Assembly (NCBI GenBank): GCA_964410845.1
Contig: CAYPJB010000004.1
Span: forward strand, 1 to 32,280
Length of the DNA stretch: 32,280 nucleotides
Direction of reading: 5' to 3'
Source of the DNA: an uncultured Bacteroidales bacterium
Lineage (GTDB): Bacteria; Planctomycetota; Planctomycetia; Gemmatales; HRBIN36
The translations under genes and the position numbers were made by a program. The notes below the pieces were generated by a model. The model had not been told where the DNA came from and made no database searches. It was given only the letters and a program-made list of their open reading frames with translations. Position 1 is the stretch's first letter. Each line of letters opens with the position of its first letter. This document shows positions 18,101-26,229 of this stretch, piece after piece.

Positions 18101-18752
18101 CTTCCTTTCAGGCTACCAGGTATGGGATGTCGCTTCCCAACAACTGATTGTGGAAAACAAGGTCGAAGGGTTTTCCAATTCATGGACAATCAACCACGAT
18201 GGTACCAGGTTGGCTGCTGCACTTCGCACTCGAGAGCAGAGTCAGCTGGGTATGTTCACGGTGGAAGGTGCTGTGAAAGAATTGTGGCGAAAGCCTATCA
18301 ACTTTCGTTACCTGACTTCATTGGCCTTCAGTCCGGATGGACTGTCTCTCGCTGGTGTAAACTTTGTGCCTGAACGCAACGAAGTTGCGCTGTGGAGCGT
18401 TGCCACTGGAGATTTTCGCTGGAAGCACTTCAGTAATTATGAATCGACTCAGGTCACTTTCACACGCGATTCCAAGCGGGTTCTCACTATTGGTTATGCC
18501 AGTGACATCATCATGCATGATTCGCAAACGGGGCGTGAGGTGCTGAGCTTTCGCAGTCATGGCATACCTCGCCTCAACGATTATTCCTTATCGCCTCGCA
18601 TCGTGTTCAATCATGATGAAACGATACTGGCTGCCCATAGTTGGGAAGGTACGCTTTCCTTCTGGCATGCCTTCAACAAGGAAGCCTATGACAAGAACCC
18701 GCAGGCTTTTGAGAAAACTCGCGTTCTCAAATGGGAAGCTGGGGAAGAATGA
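15159..18752 (+). CDS. Membrane-anchored Ser/Thr protein kinase with coiled coil and WD40/beta-propeller repeats
   Basis: 1197 aa. The kinase motifs are LGRGGMGVVYRA, VAIKML, HRDLKPANIL, DFGLV and GTPQYMAPEQ. A TM helix (LVASLVTLLFCVITIGLIVIGILW) and an Ala/Glu/Gln-rich coiled coil follow. About 700 aa of WD-like repeats come next (e.g. HRGTVRNVEFSQDSNQLLSFGSDAIVRLWD, GHLAQVQTAAFSPHSSMIASGGIDANIMYW). Confidence 0.9.
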   Translation: MPTSTIDNGIPDDVQRQSRVQDTLVHPNPVLFNAQEHRPAIPNYEVLDELGRGGMGVVYRARDIRLKRHVAIKMLLDPEFASPEQRLRFKIEAEAVAQLRHPNIVQVYELGELTGSSIAHPYMVLEYVDGPTLFRYMRQRTFTEREIAALMITLARAIQHAHDHGLIHRDLKPANILLHQDPLPESGSLEMNRVLDFTPKITDFGLVKALVFDGEVRRDLTRPELMVGTPQYMAPEQANPAPHALSCSVDIYSLGVIFYELLTGRLPFDDRDILRMLMEVQTQEAPSPRKIKPAVSVDLATICLKCLNKVPEQRYSSAAALADDLTRFLNHEPIHARPLSEWQKTVKWVRRHPLVASLVTLLFCVITIGLIVIGILWRRAESDRQIAQTESQEASWARDEARNAAQNAREAELVAKAAEAEAKRQEQAAQRSLYFSKVAQADLLLQQGLLDRPLSILNSTNRLIRDEDPRSWEWYYLRQQCNTMESVNIQSNDYVQQVRFHPKKDILLSIEGAEYFADYKPNDFPARLLFHKTDGDKVRQAFKTAFVSPLPLRQLYLLKDGEYAIVGDSQHQLTLINVSEAIKGKSPVWKLPHFQLHAVANDAGLVLLWKENGEVLELYDVEKKQVIDSLKLPTAIHMACISSDGQRIGYALKNNQLNCWDRKQQKVIWTKSLTVPARQLAMNGNGTEFICLDISDTVRWEHVDQGRTLYQGQYRYYDFIRLSADAIALAIIAHGEQGDDVHVYRKGVDGQVRPIPYVLHEHRGTVRNVEFSQDSNQLLSFGSDAIVRLWDISDASRSSGSVLHRYNGHLAQVQTAAFSPHSSMIASGGIDANIMYWRTDVSISRDRRFMAELECGGEWISDYRFVRDTPWLAVYQHQQGKLVLLDMNTRQVVKKFMLPEASNEFRAPRYDIHFSPDGKRLAILNKLHNQVLVYNTLQGTLLWKTPSSSLRYFWLAFSGDGKRLLSAGHFPNPTTPGKPIPFLSGYQVWDVASQQLIVENKVEGFSNSWTINHDGTRLAAALRTREQSQLGMFTVEGAVKELWRKPINFRYLTSLAFSPDGLSLAGVNFVPERNEVALWSVATGDFRWKHFSNYESTQVTFTRDSKRVLTIGYASDIIMHDSQTGREVLSFRSHGIPRLNDYSLSPRIVFNHDETILAAHSWEGTLSFWHAFNKEAYDKNPQAFEKTRVLKWEAGEE

Positions 18753-19955
18753 TTACCGACCCAGCTTCTGATATTCCTTGAGCGCAGCTGCCAGGATATC
18801 CACCGAAGCTTGAAGATCTTCCGCCTTCAGTACATAGGCGATGCGTACCTCATTCATGCCAAGACCAGGAGTCACATAGAAGCCGTTCGCCGGTGCCACC
18901 ATGACCGTGGCTTTGTTCAGCTGAAATTCGGAAAGCATCCAGGTAGCGAAGTCGTCACTATCGCGGACAGGGAGCCGTGCGATGAAGTAAAAGGCTCCTT
19001 CTGGCTTCCGCAGGAAAACCCCTGGAATCTGCTGCAAGCCTTGGAAAAGCAAATCACGACGGTGTTGATACTCTGTTACCACGTTCTGCGTGTATTCCGG
19101 GCCGAGTTCATCGGCACCGACAGCAATAAACTGAGCCAGTCCCGGTGGGGACAATCGACCCTGGGCCATCTTCATGCATGCTGCGAAGACGTTCTGATTC
19201 CGTGTTACCAGGCAACCTAATCGAATGCCACAGGCGCTATAACGCTTCGACATGCTGTCAACGACGATGACATTCTCAGCAAAGCCAGGCAAAGTCAGTG
19301 TGCTGATGGCCTGCTTGCCATCGTAGACAAACTCACGGTAAACCTCATCCGCCAGCAGATAGAGTCCCTTATCCTTGCAGAACTGGGCCACCATGGTCAG
19401 TTCGTCGCGCGTGTACACTGTGCCAGTCGGGTTATTCGGATTGCAGATGATCACCATCTTTGTTTTTGGCGTCACTGCAGATTCCCATGCAGAGCGTGGT
19501 GGGAGATGGAAACCATCTTCACCTTTGCTGAGCAATGGCTTCAGTGTCACCCCCGCCATCATGGCAAACGATCGATAGTTGGTGTAAAAAGGTTCCACCA
19601 CGAGTACTTCATCGCCAGGGTTGCAGCAGGCGTACATGGCAAAGAGGATAGCTTCGCTGCCTCCCGTCGTAGCCAGTACTTCGTTGCTTTTCAGATCGAT
19701 ACCGAGTTTGTGATAGTACTTTACCAGCGACAGGACGTACTCTGGCGTTCCACCAGAAGGCGAGTAGGCGTAGACCTTGTCCTTCAGGATGCGCAGCCTG
19801 TCGCGCATCACGGCAGGGGTTTCGATGTCCGGCTGGCCGATATTGAGGTGATAGACATGAATGCCTTTCGCTTTGGCTGCATCGGCAAAGGGGGCCAGCT
19901 TGCGGATGGGGGAAGCAGGCATCTGCACGCCACGTTCGGAAATCGCTAAAGGCAT
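18753..19955 (-). CDS. PLP-dependent aminotransferase (aspartate/aromatic aminotransferase class I)
   Basis: 400 aa. The motifs are SPIRKLAPFADAAKAKGIHVYHLNIGQPDIETP, NPNNPTG and SMSKRYSACGIRLG (PLP Lys). Its stop codon (18753-18755) directly abuts the kinase stop (18750-18752). Confidence 0.9.
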   Translation of the reverse strand: MPLAISERGVQMPASPIRKLAPFADAAKAKGIHVYHLNIGQPDIETPAVMRDRLRILKDKVYAYSPSGGTPEYVLSLVKYYHKLGIDLKSNEVLATTGGSEAILFAMYACCNPGDEVLVVEPFYTNYRSFAMMAGVTLKPLLSKGEDGFHLPPRSAWESAVTPKTKMVIICNPNNPTGTVYTRDELTMVAQFCKDKGLYLLADEVYREFVYDGKQAISTLTLPGFAENVIVVDSMSKRYSACGIRLGCLVTRNQNVFAACMKMAQGRLSPPGLAQFIAVGADELGPEYTQNVVTEYQHRRDLLFQGLQQIPGVFLRKPEGAFYFIARLPVRDSDDFATWMLSEFQLNKATVMVAPANGFYVTPGLGMNEVRIAYVLKAEDLQASVDILAAALKEYQKLGR

Positions 19956-20002
19956 TATGAAACTCCAGTGATCCCAATATTGTAGTTCTTCAATGCAGGA
20001 AG

Positions 20003-20037
20003 TGGCAGGGGCGTTCGGTATCCGAACGCCCCTGCCA
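20003..20037 (-). terminator. GC-rich perfect hairpin downstream of the small secreted-protein gene
   Basis: GGCAGGGGCGTTCGG (20004-20018) and CCGAACGCCCCTGCC (20022-20036) form a 15-bp perfect stem (16 with the T/A at 20003/20037) with a 3-nt loop. It lies about 30 nt after the stop of the 20066-20425 gene. No clear U-tract follows, so terminator function is inferred from position only. Confidence 0.5.
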
Positions 20038-20065
20038 GTGCTAAATTCAACTCGTTCGAAAATGA

Positions 20066-20425
20066 CTACTTGTTCTTCTTTCCAGCCATGAACTCGATTT
20101 TCTCTACCTTGTCGCCGTTCACGGTCAAGGAGACTTGTTGGCCTTGCTTCAGTTCGTCGCTCTTGGCGTCGGTATGGGTTTGATTATCCTTTTTTCCTGT
20201 GATCTTCTCTACCTTCGTGCTGCTGGTCAGGGTGAATTTCTTTTCTTCCTGAGCAGTAGTGCTGGTGTCTTTCTTCTTCTTTGCAATCGCGACGGTGATC
20301 GTGGTGACATCCTTGTCTTTCTCGATTTTGACGATGCTGCCTTTGACGGGCTTGTCAGCAGCATTGGCAGTGTTACCGAAAAGAAGCAGGCAAGCAAGGG
20401 CGAGGCTGAGAGCTAAGCGAATCAT
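20066..20425 (-). CDS. Small Lys-rich secreted protein (hypothetical)
   Basis: 119 aa with a signal peptide (MIRLALSLALACLLLFGNTANA). The mature part is beta-rich and Lys-rich (VKGSIVKIEKDKDVTTITVA ... QQVSLTVNGDKVEKIEF). It starts 3 nt after the ruvX stop. Confidence 0.6.
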   Translation of the reverse strand: MIRLALSLALACLLLFGNTANAADKPVKGSIVKIEKDKDVTTITVAIAKKKKDTSTTAQEEKKFTLTSSTKVEKITGKKDNQTHTDAKSDELKQGQQVSLTVNGDKVEKIEFMAGKKNK

Positions 20426-20428
20426 CTG

Positions 20429-20932
20429 TTACTCCTGAGTATTGGGGTGATTGTCAAGTGATTCAACACCACTGCTGTTGTCAGGGTTTCGCAGTGCATC
20501 GAGATAACTCTGCAACATGATCTGTGCAGCTACCTTATCGAGCTGCTTCTTTCGCTGAGAAGCCTTTAGCCCACCTGCCTGCAAAGCGGTCCAGGCGAAG
20601 GCGCTGCTGAATCGTTCATCGTGAAACACAATCGGCAGCCCTGTTACCTTCTGCAGCCAGGTTCCGTAACGTCGAACTTCCTTAGACTTGGCACTTTCGC
20701 TACCGCTCATGTGCACAGGCAAACCCATAACGATGCCGACGAGTCTTTCCTGTTTGACGAGTCTCTGGTAGAAGACTGTTTCTTCCGATGCACTTTGACG
20801 TTCAAGCAGTTGAAATGGTGCTGCAATGGTCTGGTCTCGATCGCAGAGTGCCAAACCCACACGTACGCTGCCGTAATCGACACCGAGCAGCGGACCAACT
20901 GGGAGTACAGTATTCGGAATATCAGGCTGCAT
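20429..20932 (-). CDS. ruvX: Holliday junction resolvase-like RuvX (YqgF)
   Basis: 167 aa. LLGVDYGSVRVGLALCD...GIVMGLPVHMSGSESAKSKEVRRYG...VFHDERFSS is the YqgF/RuvX signature. Confidence 0.85.
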   Translation of the reverse strand: MQPDIPNTVLPVGPLLGVDYGSVRVGLALCDRDQTIAAPFQLLERQSASEETVFYQRLVKQERLVGIVMGLPVHMSGSESAKSKEVRRYGTWLQKVTGLPIVFHDERFSSAFAWTALQAGGLKASQRKKQLDKVAAQIMLQSYLDALRNPDNSSGVESLDNHPNTQE

Positions 20933-21007
20933 ATTGACAGATTACGAATTGCATGCTGCAACGGGTGCAGTAGAGTGATGCTTTGTGCGATGCGATGATC
21001 AGTTTTC

Positions 21008-23920
21008 ATGCGTGACTTTTACGATGTTCAGCGACAGGCACTGGTTCGCCATCTGAAACGAGCAACCAGCGGTGAAGTGCAGGAGAGCCCGCTGAGCAGG
21101 CAACTCTACAGCACGGATGCCAGCATCTATCAGATTGAACCACTTGCGGTGTTTCTGCCACGCACCACCGATGACCTGCGCGCTGCGATGCAGATATGTC
21201 ATGAGCATCACATTGCTATTGTGCCCCGTGGTGGAGGCACCAGTCTCTCCGGGCAAGCCATTGGTGCCGGGCTCGTCATTGATTGCAGCAAATACCTTCG
21301 CACTATCCTCGAGTTGGATCCTACTGAGCAGCGTGCCCGTGTGCAGCCAGGCGTTGTGCTGGAACAGCTCAACACAGCGGCAAGTCAACATGGGCTTATG
21401 TTTGGCCCCGATGTCTCGACCGCCAACCGCGCCACCATTGCTGGCATGATTGGCAACAACTCTGCCGGATCGCATTCCATCGTTTATGGCCTGACAGTCG
21501 ATCATTTGCTGAATCTTCAAGTCGTCTTCAGCGATGGCAGCACTGCCCGTTTGCAGCGCGAACGGCTGCAGACCATTCTGCAGTTGCAATCCACTGCCTC
21601 GCGAGTGGCGGCCCTGTATCAGACGATCAGACAGATACTCCAGAAACATCACGAACAGATTCGTCAACGCTTCCCAACCATTCTGCGACGTGTGAGCGGC
21701 TACAACCTCGATCGCTTGCTGAATGCCTGGGAAAAGGGTGAACTCAACCTGGCAGAACTGGTGGCAGGGAGCGAAGGGACTCTCGCCCTCATCCAGGAAG
21801 CTGAAGTGAGGCTCGTGAAGAAGCCTCGTTTCCGTGGACTGCTGGTACCTCATTTCAGCAGCATCCAGGCCGCACTCGAATCACTGGAAACCTGCCTGGC
21901 TATCCGGCCCTCTGCCGTCGAGCTGATGGATGAGATGATTCTCCGGCTGGCCCGCCAGAATCTGGCACTGCAACGACGCATGGAGCTGATCGAAGGCATC
22001 CCTGCTGCCCTGTTCATGGTGGAAGTAGCGGGGGATGATCCTATCGACCTTGGTGCCAGACTCGATCAACTCGAACGACAACTGCGAGGCCGACCTGGCG
22101 TAACAGCACTGATACGTACTCTGGACGAGGATCAGCGCGAACCACTCTGGCGACTGCGCGAATCGGGGCTGCCACTGTTGATGGGCCTGCCAGGTGATCG
22201 CAAGCCAGTTACCTTCGTGGAAGATACCGCAGTCAGCCCGGAGAAGCTGCCGGGCTTCGTCGCTGCCTTTCAACAGATCATGCAGGAACACGGCACCCAT
22301 GGTGCCATCTATGGTCATGCCAGCGTTGGTTGTCTGCACATTCGCCCAGTGCTTGATCTGCATCAGCAAAGTGATGTCCAGGTGATGCGGAAGATCAGTA
22401 CTGCCGTCACGCAACTGGTAATGCAGCACGGCGGTAGCCTCTCTGGAGAGCATGGCGATGGCCTGGCTCGTTCTGAATGGCTGCCCAGGCTCTTTGGCCC
22501 TGCCATATACCAGGCATTTAGAGAGATCAAGCAAGTTGCAGACCCCAATGGACTGATGAATCCAGGCAAGATTGTCGACGCACCGCCGATGGATCAGCAG
22601 CTTCGATATCAGCAGCGTGAACGAGTCGAGTTGCCTACGGTGATGCTGGATTATTCCAGACAAGGTGGAATTGCCCAGCACGTCGAGCTGTGTTCCGGGA
22701 CTGGAGTGTGCCGTAAAACGAGTTCTGGAACGATGTGCCCATCGTACCGGGCCACACTGGACGAGAAAGAAAGTACCCGTGGCAGAGCAAATGCATTACG
22801 CCTGGCGTTCCAACAATTGTCACCTGCCGAAGCATTGGCAAGCCACGATGTACACGAGGTTCTTGATCTCTGTCTCAGCTGCAAAGCCTGTAAAGCGGAA
22901 TGCCCCAGCAACGTCGATATGGCGAAGCTCAAGGCGGAAGCTACTCACCAGTATTATCAGCGACATTGGCGGCCGATGTCGCATCGGCTGCAACGATACA
23001 TACCCAGTCTGCTCGCCTGGGGATCGTACTTCGCCCCGATGACCAACGCTTTGTCACGATGGCGGTTCCCGCGCTGGTTGATGCAGCACTGGTTTGGAAT
23101 CAGTCGCCAGCGCAGTCTGCTCCCACTTCATCGCCAGAACTTTCGCCGTTGGTTTCGCCATCGCTATCGGCATACTCCTCCGCAGCCAGACCATCGTGTG
23201 ATTTTGTTTGATGACTGTTTCACCACCTACATGGAGCCTCATCTCGGGCAGGCGGCCTGCAGACTGCTCAATTCACTGGGCTATCAGGTTGAACTGGCTG
23301 GCGGACACTGTTGTGGCAGGCCGCTTATCAGCCAAGGCTACCTCACTGACGCTAAACGCCTGGTGGTGAAGCAGGCACCTCTGCTGGCTGCACGTCTGCA
23401 AGATGACGTGCCCATCCTGGGTCTCGAACCGAGTTGCCTGCTCACACTGACGGACGAATGGCCTGAACTGTATCCGAGTGATGCAACAAAGAAGATTGCC
23501 CAGCATGCAAAACTGACGGAGCAATGGCTTGCCAGCAAGTCAATCCAGTACCGGCCACTGGCTGCAGAAGCTGTTGTTCATGGGCATTGCCATCAGAAGG
23601 CACTCGTGGGCATGACCAGCGTGATGACTTCGCTGCGACAAATTCCCAAGCTCACGGTTCGTGAGCTCGATACCGGCTGCTGTGGCATGGCTGGGTTCTT
23701 CGGTTATGAAACCAGGCATTTCGATCTCAGCAAGAAGATCGCTGGGCAATCGCTGCTCCCTGCCATTGCTGCCAGTTCCGAAGTCATCGTTCTCGCTTCG
23801 GGAACATCTTGCCGACACCAACTCCGCGATTTATCGAACTGTCAGCCTATGCATCCCGTCGAGTTGCTTGCTCAGCAGCGCGAGGCAGGTGAGCCATTCT
23901 CGCACGACCTGCAGCGTTAG
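21008..23920 (+). CDS. FAD-binding (GlcD-like) and Fe-S/CCG-domain (GlcF-like) fusion oxidoreductase
   Basis: 970 aa. The N-terminal FAD PCMH domain includes IVPRGGGTSLSGQAIG, and SGEHGDGLARSEW is present. Two ferredoxin-like Cys clusters (CSGTGVCRK...CP and CLSCKACKAECP) are followed by C-terminal CCG repeats (CCGRP..., CCGMAG). Confidence 0.9.
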   Translation: MRDFYDVQRQALVRHLKRATSGEVQESPLSRQLYSTDASIYQIEPLAVFLPRTTDDLRAAMQICHEHHIAIVPRGGGTSLSGQAIGAGLVIDCSKYLRTILELDPTEQRARVQPGVVLEQLNTAASQHGLMFGPDVSTANRATIAGMIGNNSAGSHSIVYGLTVDHLLNLQVVFSDGSTARLQRERLQTILQLQSTASRVAALYQTIRQILQKHHEQIRQRFPTILRRVSGYNLDRLLNAWEKGELNLAELVAGSEGTLALIQEAEVRLVKKPRFRGLLVPHFSSIQAALESLETCLAIRPSAVELMDEMILRLARQNLALQRRMELIEGIPAALFMVEVAGDDPIDLGARLDQLERQLRGRPGVTALIRTLDEDQREPLWRLRESGLPLLMGLPGDRKPVTFVEDTAVSPEKLPGFVAAFQQIMQEHGTHGAIYGHASVGCLHIRPVLDLHQQSDVQVMRKISTAVTQLVMQHGGSLSGEHGDGLARSEWLPRLFGPAIYQAFREIKQVADPNGLMNPGKIVDAPPMDQQLRYQQRERVELPTVMLDYSRQGGIAQHVELCSGTGVCRKTSSGTMCPSYRATLDEKESTRGRANALRLAFQQLSPAEALASHDVHEVLDLCLSCKACKAECPSNVDMAKLKAEATHQYYQRHWRPMSHRLQRYIPSLLAWGSYFAPMTNALSRWRFPRWLMQHWFGISRQRSLLPLHRQNFRRWFRHRYRHTPPQPDHRVILFDDCFTTYMEPHLGQAACRLLNSLGYQVELAGGHCCGRPLISQGYLTDAKRLVVKQAPLLAARLQDDVPILGLEPSCLLTLTDEWPELYPSDATKKIAQHAKLTEQWLASKSIQYRPLAAEAVVHGHCHQKALVGMTSVMTSLRQIPKLTVRELDTGCCGMAGFFGYETRHFDLSKKIAGQSLLPAIAASSEVIVLASGTSCRHQLRDLSNCQPMHPVELLAQQREAGEPFSHDLQR

Positions 23921-23964
23921 GAGCGATAACAGCCCCAAGCATAACTATTGTTTAGAACAGGTAA

Positions 23965-23986
23965 GTTCCCAGCATTCGCTGGGAAC
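23965..23986. terminator. Hairpin between convergent genes (possible bidirectional terminator)
   Basis: GTTCCCAGC attc GCTGGGAAC forms a 9-bp perfect stem with a 4-nt loop. It lies between the FAD/Fe-S gene stop (23920) and the stop of the 23997-24419 gene. The U-tracts are weak. Confidence 0.4.
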
Positions 23987-23996
23987 CATGGTGATA

Positions 23997-24419
23997 TTAA
24001 CGCCGGCGGCCCGATGCTGCAGCACCAGTGCGTGCCATCGTTGTCGAACTGTTCGAAACAGCAACTTGCGTGACTGCATTGCGAAGTGCAACAATACGAC
24101 GAGACACCATCTGCTGGGCTTGCTGCGAGGTCACGCCGCTACCAGTTGGAGGCGACACCTGGCCGGTTTGCAGGGCAACCAGAAGCTGTTCCGATTGAGC
24201 TATCTGGTTCTGCAGTGTTGCTATCAAGGCCTGTTTGCCGCCGTTGGTATTCGATGCGACAGTGCCAGAGCCGGAGCTAGAAACAGTTGTAGCAGTGCTC
24301 GTAGCACTGGCGGTAGAACTGGAGGCACTTCCGGAATTGCCTTGGCACTTACCTCCCTGTGCCAGGACTGGCGACGCCAGAAGCAAAGCTCCGAGCGCAG
24401 CACACCACAGTCGTCTCAT
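23997..24419 (-). CDS. Secreted Ser/Thr/Ala-rich low-complexity protein (hypothetical)
   Basis: 140 aa with a signal peptide (MRRLWCAALGALLLASPVLAQG). A Ser/Thr-rich linker and a Gln-rich helical segment follow. I prefer it over the antisense 272-aa ORF, which would overlap the upstream gene by 260 nt. Confidence 0.5.
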   Translation of the reverse strand: MRRLWCAALGALLLASPVLAQGGKCQGNSGSASSSTASATSTATTVSSSGSGTVASNTNGGKQALIATLQNQIAQSEQLLVALQTGQVSPPTGSGVTSQQAQQMVSRRIVALRNAVTQVAVSNSSTTMARTGAAASGRRR

Positions 24420-24679
24420 GACAGACTCCTTGAAATGAAAAAGGGACCGCTCAGGGAAAGTGCATCAAAAAAGAGATAACGAGCGATGCAGCGAGTCGAA
24501 TCGTTTCACAACCAGACAAGGCAAGCGGTGTGCCAAGCGGGGAAAAGCGATCGGAAAGAGTGCTGAAGGTACAGATCTTCAGCGAGAGAAAGAAATCTCA
24601 TCTCGTTCACGAGATAGTCTACATCTGCACTTGAGGTGGGGCAGTTCGAGAAGAGACAATCGTTGCAGGATGCTGTGTG

Positions 24680-24729
24680 AAAAAAGCACGACTCGCTCCC
24701 GACTGGTGTCGGGAACGAGATCAGTCGTG
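24680..24729 (-). terminator. Rho-independent terminator of the PhoD-like gene
   Basis: It starts immediately after the stop codon (24730-24732). The outer stem pairs CACGACT (24687-24693) with AGTCGTG (24723-24729), and an inner stem pairs CGCTCCCGAC with GTCGGGAACG. On the - strand the hairpin is followed by C-TTTTTT (A-run 24680-24685 on +). Confidence 0.65.
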
Positions 24730-26133
24730 TTATGGCAACACTTTCAACTGCTTCGGATCAGTGACTTTGATCTGTGGTGCATCCTTGTAAATTTCCACTT
24801 TGCCGGTCACTTGTATTTTCTTGCCTTTGAAATGCTCTTTCGGTTCAGTGATTTCTTTCGACTTGCTCAGATAACCCTTTTCCAGAACAACGGTGAAATT
24901 CTTACTGTCACGAAAGTCGGCAAGTGAATTAAGGAAGACCCGATTGCCTGATCCACCGGTTGCCTGCACAGTGAACTCGACTGTCACTTCTTCGCCAACC
25001 TTTTTCGCTGCTTCGATAGTGTTGATGGTGCCAAGGCTCGTTTTCTCGGGTTCAGCGGTGACGTTGCCAGCGGAGGATGGAACTACACGGCCGGGATGAA
25101 TGGTGCTCAGCAGCACTTTTTGTTGAATGGTCACCTCGCCTGCTTCGTCGCGAATCTGCAGACGAATGACCGGATCGCTGGCATACCAGTCGATGGTGAT
25201 GAATCCGAAGTTGTTCCCCCAGTTCATGGTGGCCACCCGATGCTGATTTGGTTCGAAAGCACGGAATCGCTTGTTCGCTTCGGTTAAGCCGCTGGAAGTG
25301 ACATCGTAGATCGGATAGCTGACAGCCTTGGGCATCATGGACAGTTCGGCCAGGTGTCTGTCTCCGCTGAGGAAGATGATTCCTTTTGCCTGGGTGCTTT
25401 CGATTAGTTGAAACAATTTCTCCCGTTCCTTCGGGTGATTCATCCACTTTTCCCAACCATGATCCTGGGCAATTACCTGTATGCTGGAGCCGACGATGCG
25501 AATATCGGCTGGCTGTTTAAGCTGGTCTTCGAGCCACTTCCACTGAGCTTCGCCCAGGATGGTGCCTGTGCTGCTTTCATCTGGAATGTAGGGGCCCTCA
25601 CCCGGCAACGCTTTAGGTTCTTTTTTCTTCAGCGGCGTGCGGAAGGTGCGGGTATCGAGCATGATGATCTGCACCCGTTGGCCAGGCGGGCCAAATATCT
25701 CAACCGAGTAGATGCCTTCCTGTTCACGACGAGGTGAGTTTTCCGGCACATCGAAGAAATCAAGGAAGAGCTTTTGCGACTCCTTCTTCGGCCCAAATTC
25801 ATACCCTGCATCATTCTTGCCGTAATCATGGTCATCCCAGGTGGCAAGAATCTTGCTGGTCTGCTTGAGTAAACGATAGCCAGGGTTAGCGCCAAGCTGT
25901 TCATACTTTTTCTTCATCAATTCCATGTTGGTGGTATCAGCATAGATGTTGTCGCCGAGGAAGAGAAATACATCAGGCTTCAGGGCCGCTAGTGATTCCC
26001 AGATGGGTTGAGGCTTGGATTGATGAGCACAACTACCGAAAGCGATTCGGCGTAACGGTGCACTTGTAGGATCGGATCCATGCAGAACGGTGGAGAGGCA
26101 ACAGAGTGTTATCAGGGAGAGCAGGATTCGCAT
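24730..26133 (-). CDS. PhoD-like alkaline phosphatase/phosphodiesterase with a C-terminal beta-barrel (OB-like) module
   Basis: The ATG at 26133 gives the signal peptide MRILLSLITLCCLSTVLHG. The metallophosphatase motifs are RIAFGSCAHQ, FLGDNIYAD, WDDHDYG and FLSGDRHLAE. The upstream in-frame extension to 26286 is unlikely because it would overlap gpx. Confidence 0.85.
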   Translation of the reverse strand: MRILLSLITLCCLSTVLHGSDPTSAPLRRIAFGSCAHQSKPQPIWESLAALKPDVFLFLGDNIYADTTNMELMKKKYEQLGANPGYRLLKQTSKILATWDDHDYGKNDAGYEFGPKKESQKLFLDFFDVPENSPRREQEGIYSVEIFGPPGQRVQIIMLDTRTFRTPLKKKEPKALPGEGPYIPDESSTGTILGEAQWKWLEDQLKQPADIRIVGSSIQVIAQDHGWEKWMNHPKEREKLFQLIESTQAKGIIFLSGDRHLAELSMMPKAVSYPIYDVTSSGLTEANKRFRAFEPNQHRVATMNWGNNFGFITIDWYASDPVIRLQIRDEAGEVTIQQKVLLSTIHPGRVVPSSAGNVTAEPEKTSLGTINTIEAAKKVGEEVTVEFTVQATGGSGNRVFLNSLADFRDSKNFTVVLEKGYLSKSKEITEPKEHFKGKKIQVTGKVEIYKDAPQIKVTDPKQLKVLP

Positions 26134-26229
26134 CTTCTGAATCTCGGGCGGGGTTGAACTCGTAAGATAGATAGTTCTAGTGTAGGGATCATAGTGATCC
26201 CGATTATGAACCTCTGATGGAGAATCGTG

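Noticed and set aside
20999-21853. 284-aa ORF on the - strand
   Set aside because: It lies entirely antisense to the N-terminal FAD domain of the 970-aa oxidoreductase, whose motifs are unambiguous. It has no recognisable motifs and is a typical GC-rich shadow ORF.
23661-24479. 272-aa + ORF spanning the end of the oxidoreductase gene and the next gene
   Set aside because: It would overlap the 970-aa gene by 260 nt in another frame, and its sequence is Ser/Arg/Cys-rich and junk-like. The antisense 140-aa ORF has a clean signal peptide and is the better, though still modest, call.
24460-24927. 155-aa + ORF
   Set aside because: It overlaps the terminator and the 3' end of the PhoD-like gene and has no motifs. 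The region is better explained as terminator plus promoter space for the 23997-24419 gene.
26185-26201. 17-bp palindrome GGGATCA tag TGATCCC in the divergent phoD-like/gpx promoter gap
   Set aside because: The position is right for an operator, but 7-bp arms with a short loop are expected a few times by chance in 32 kb. There is no second copy in the window, so the evidence is insufficient.
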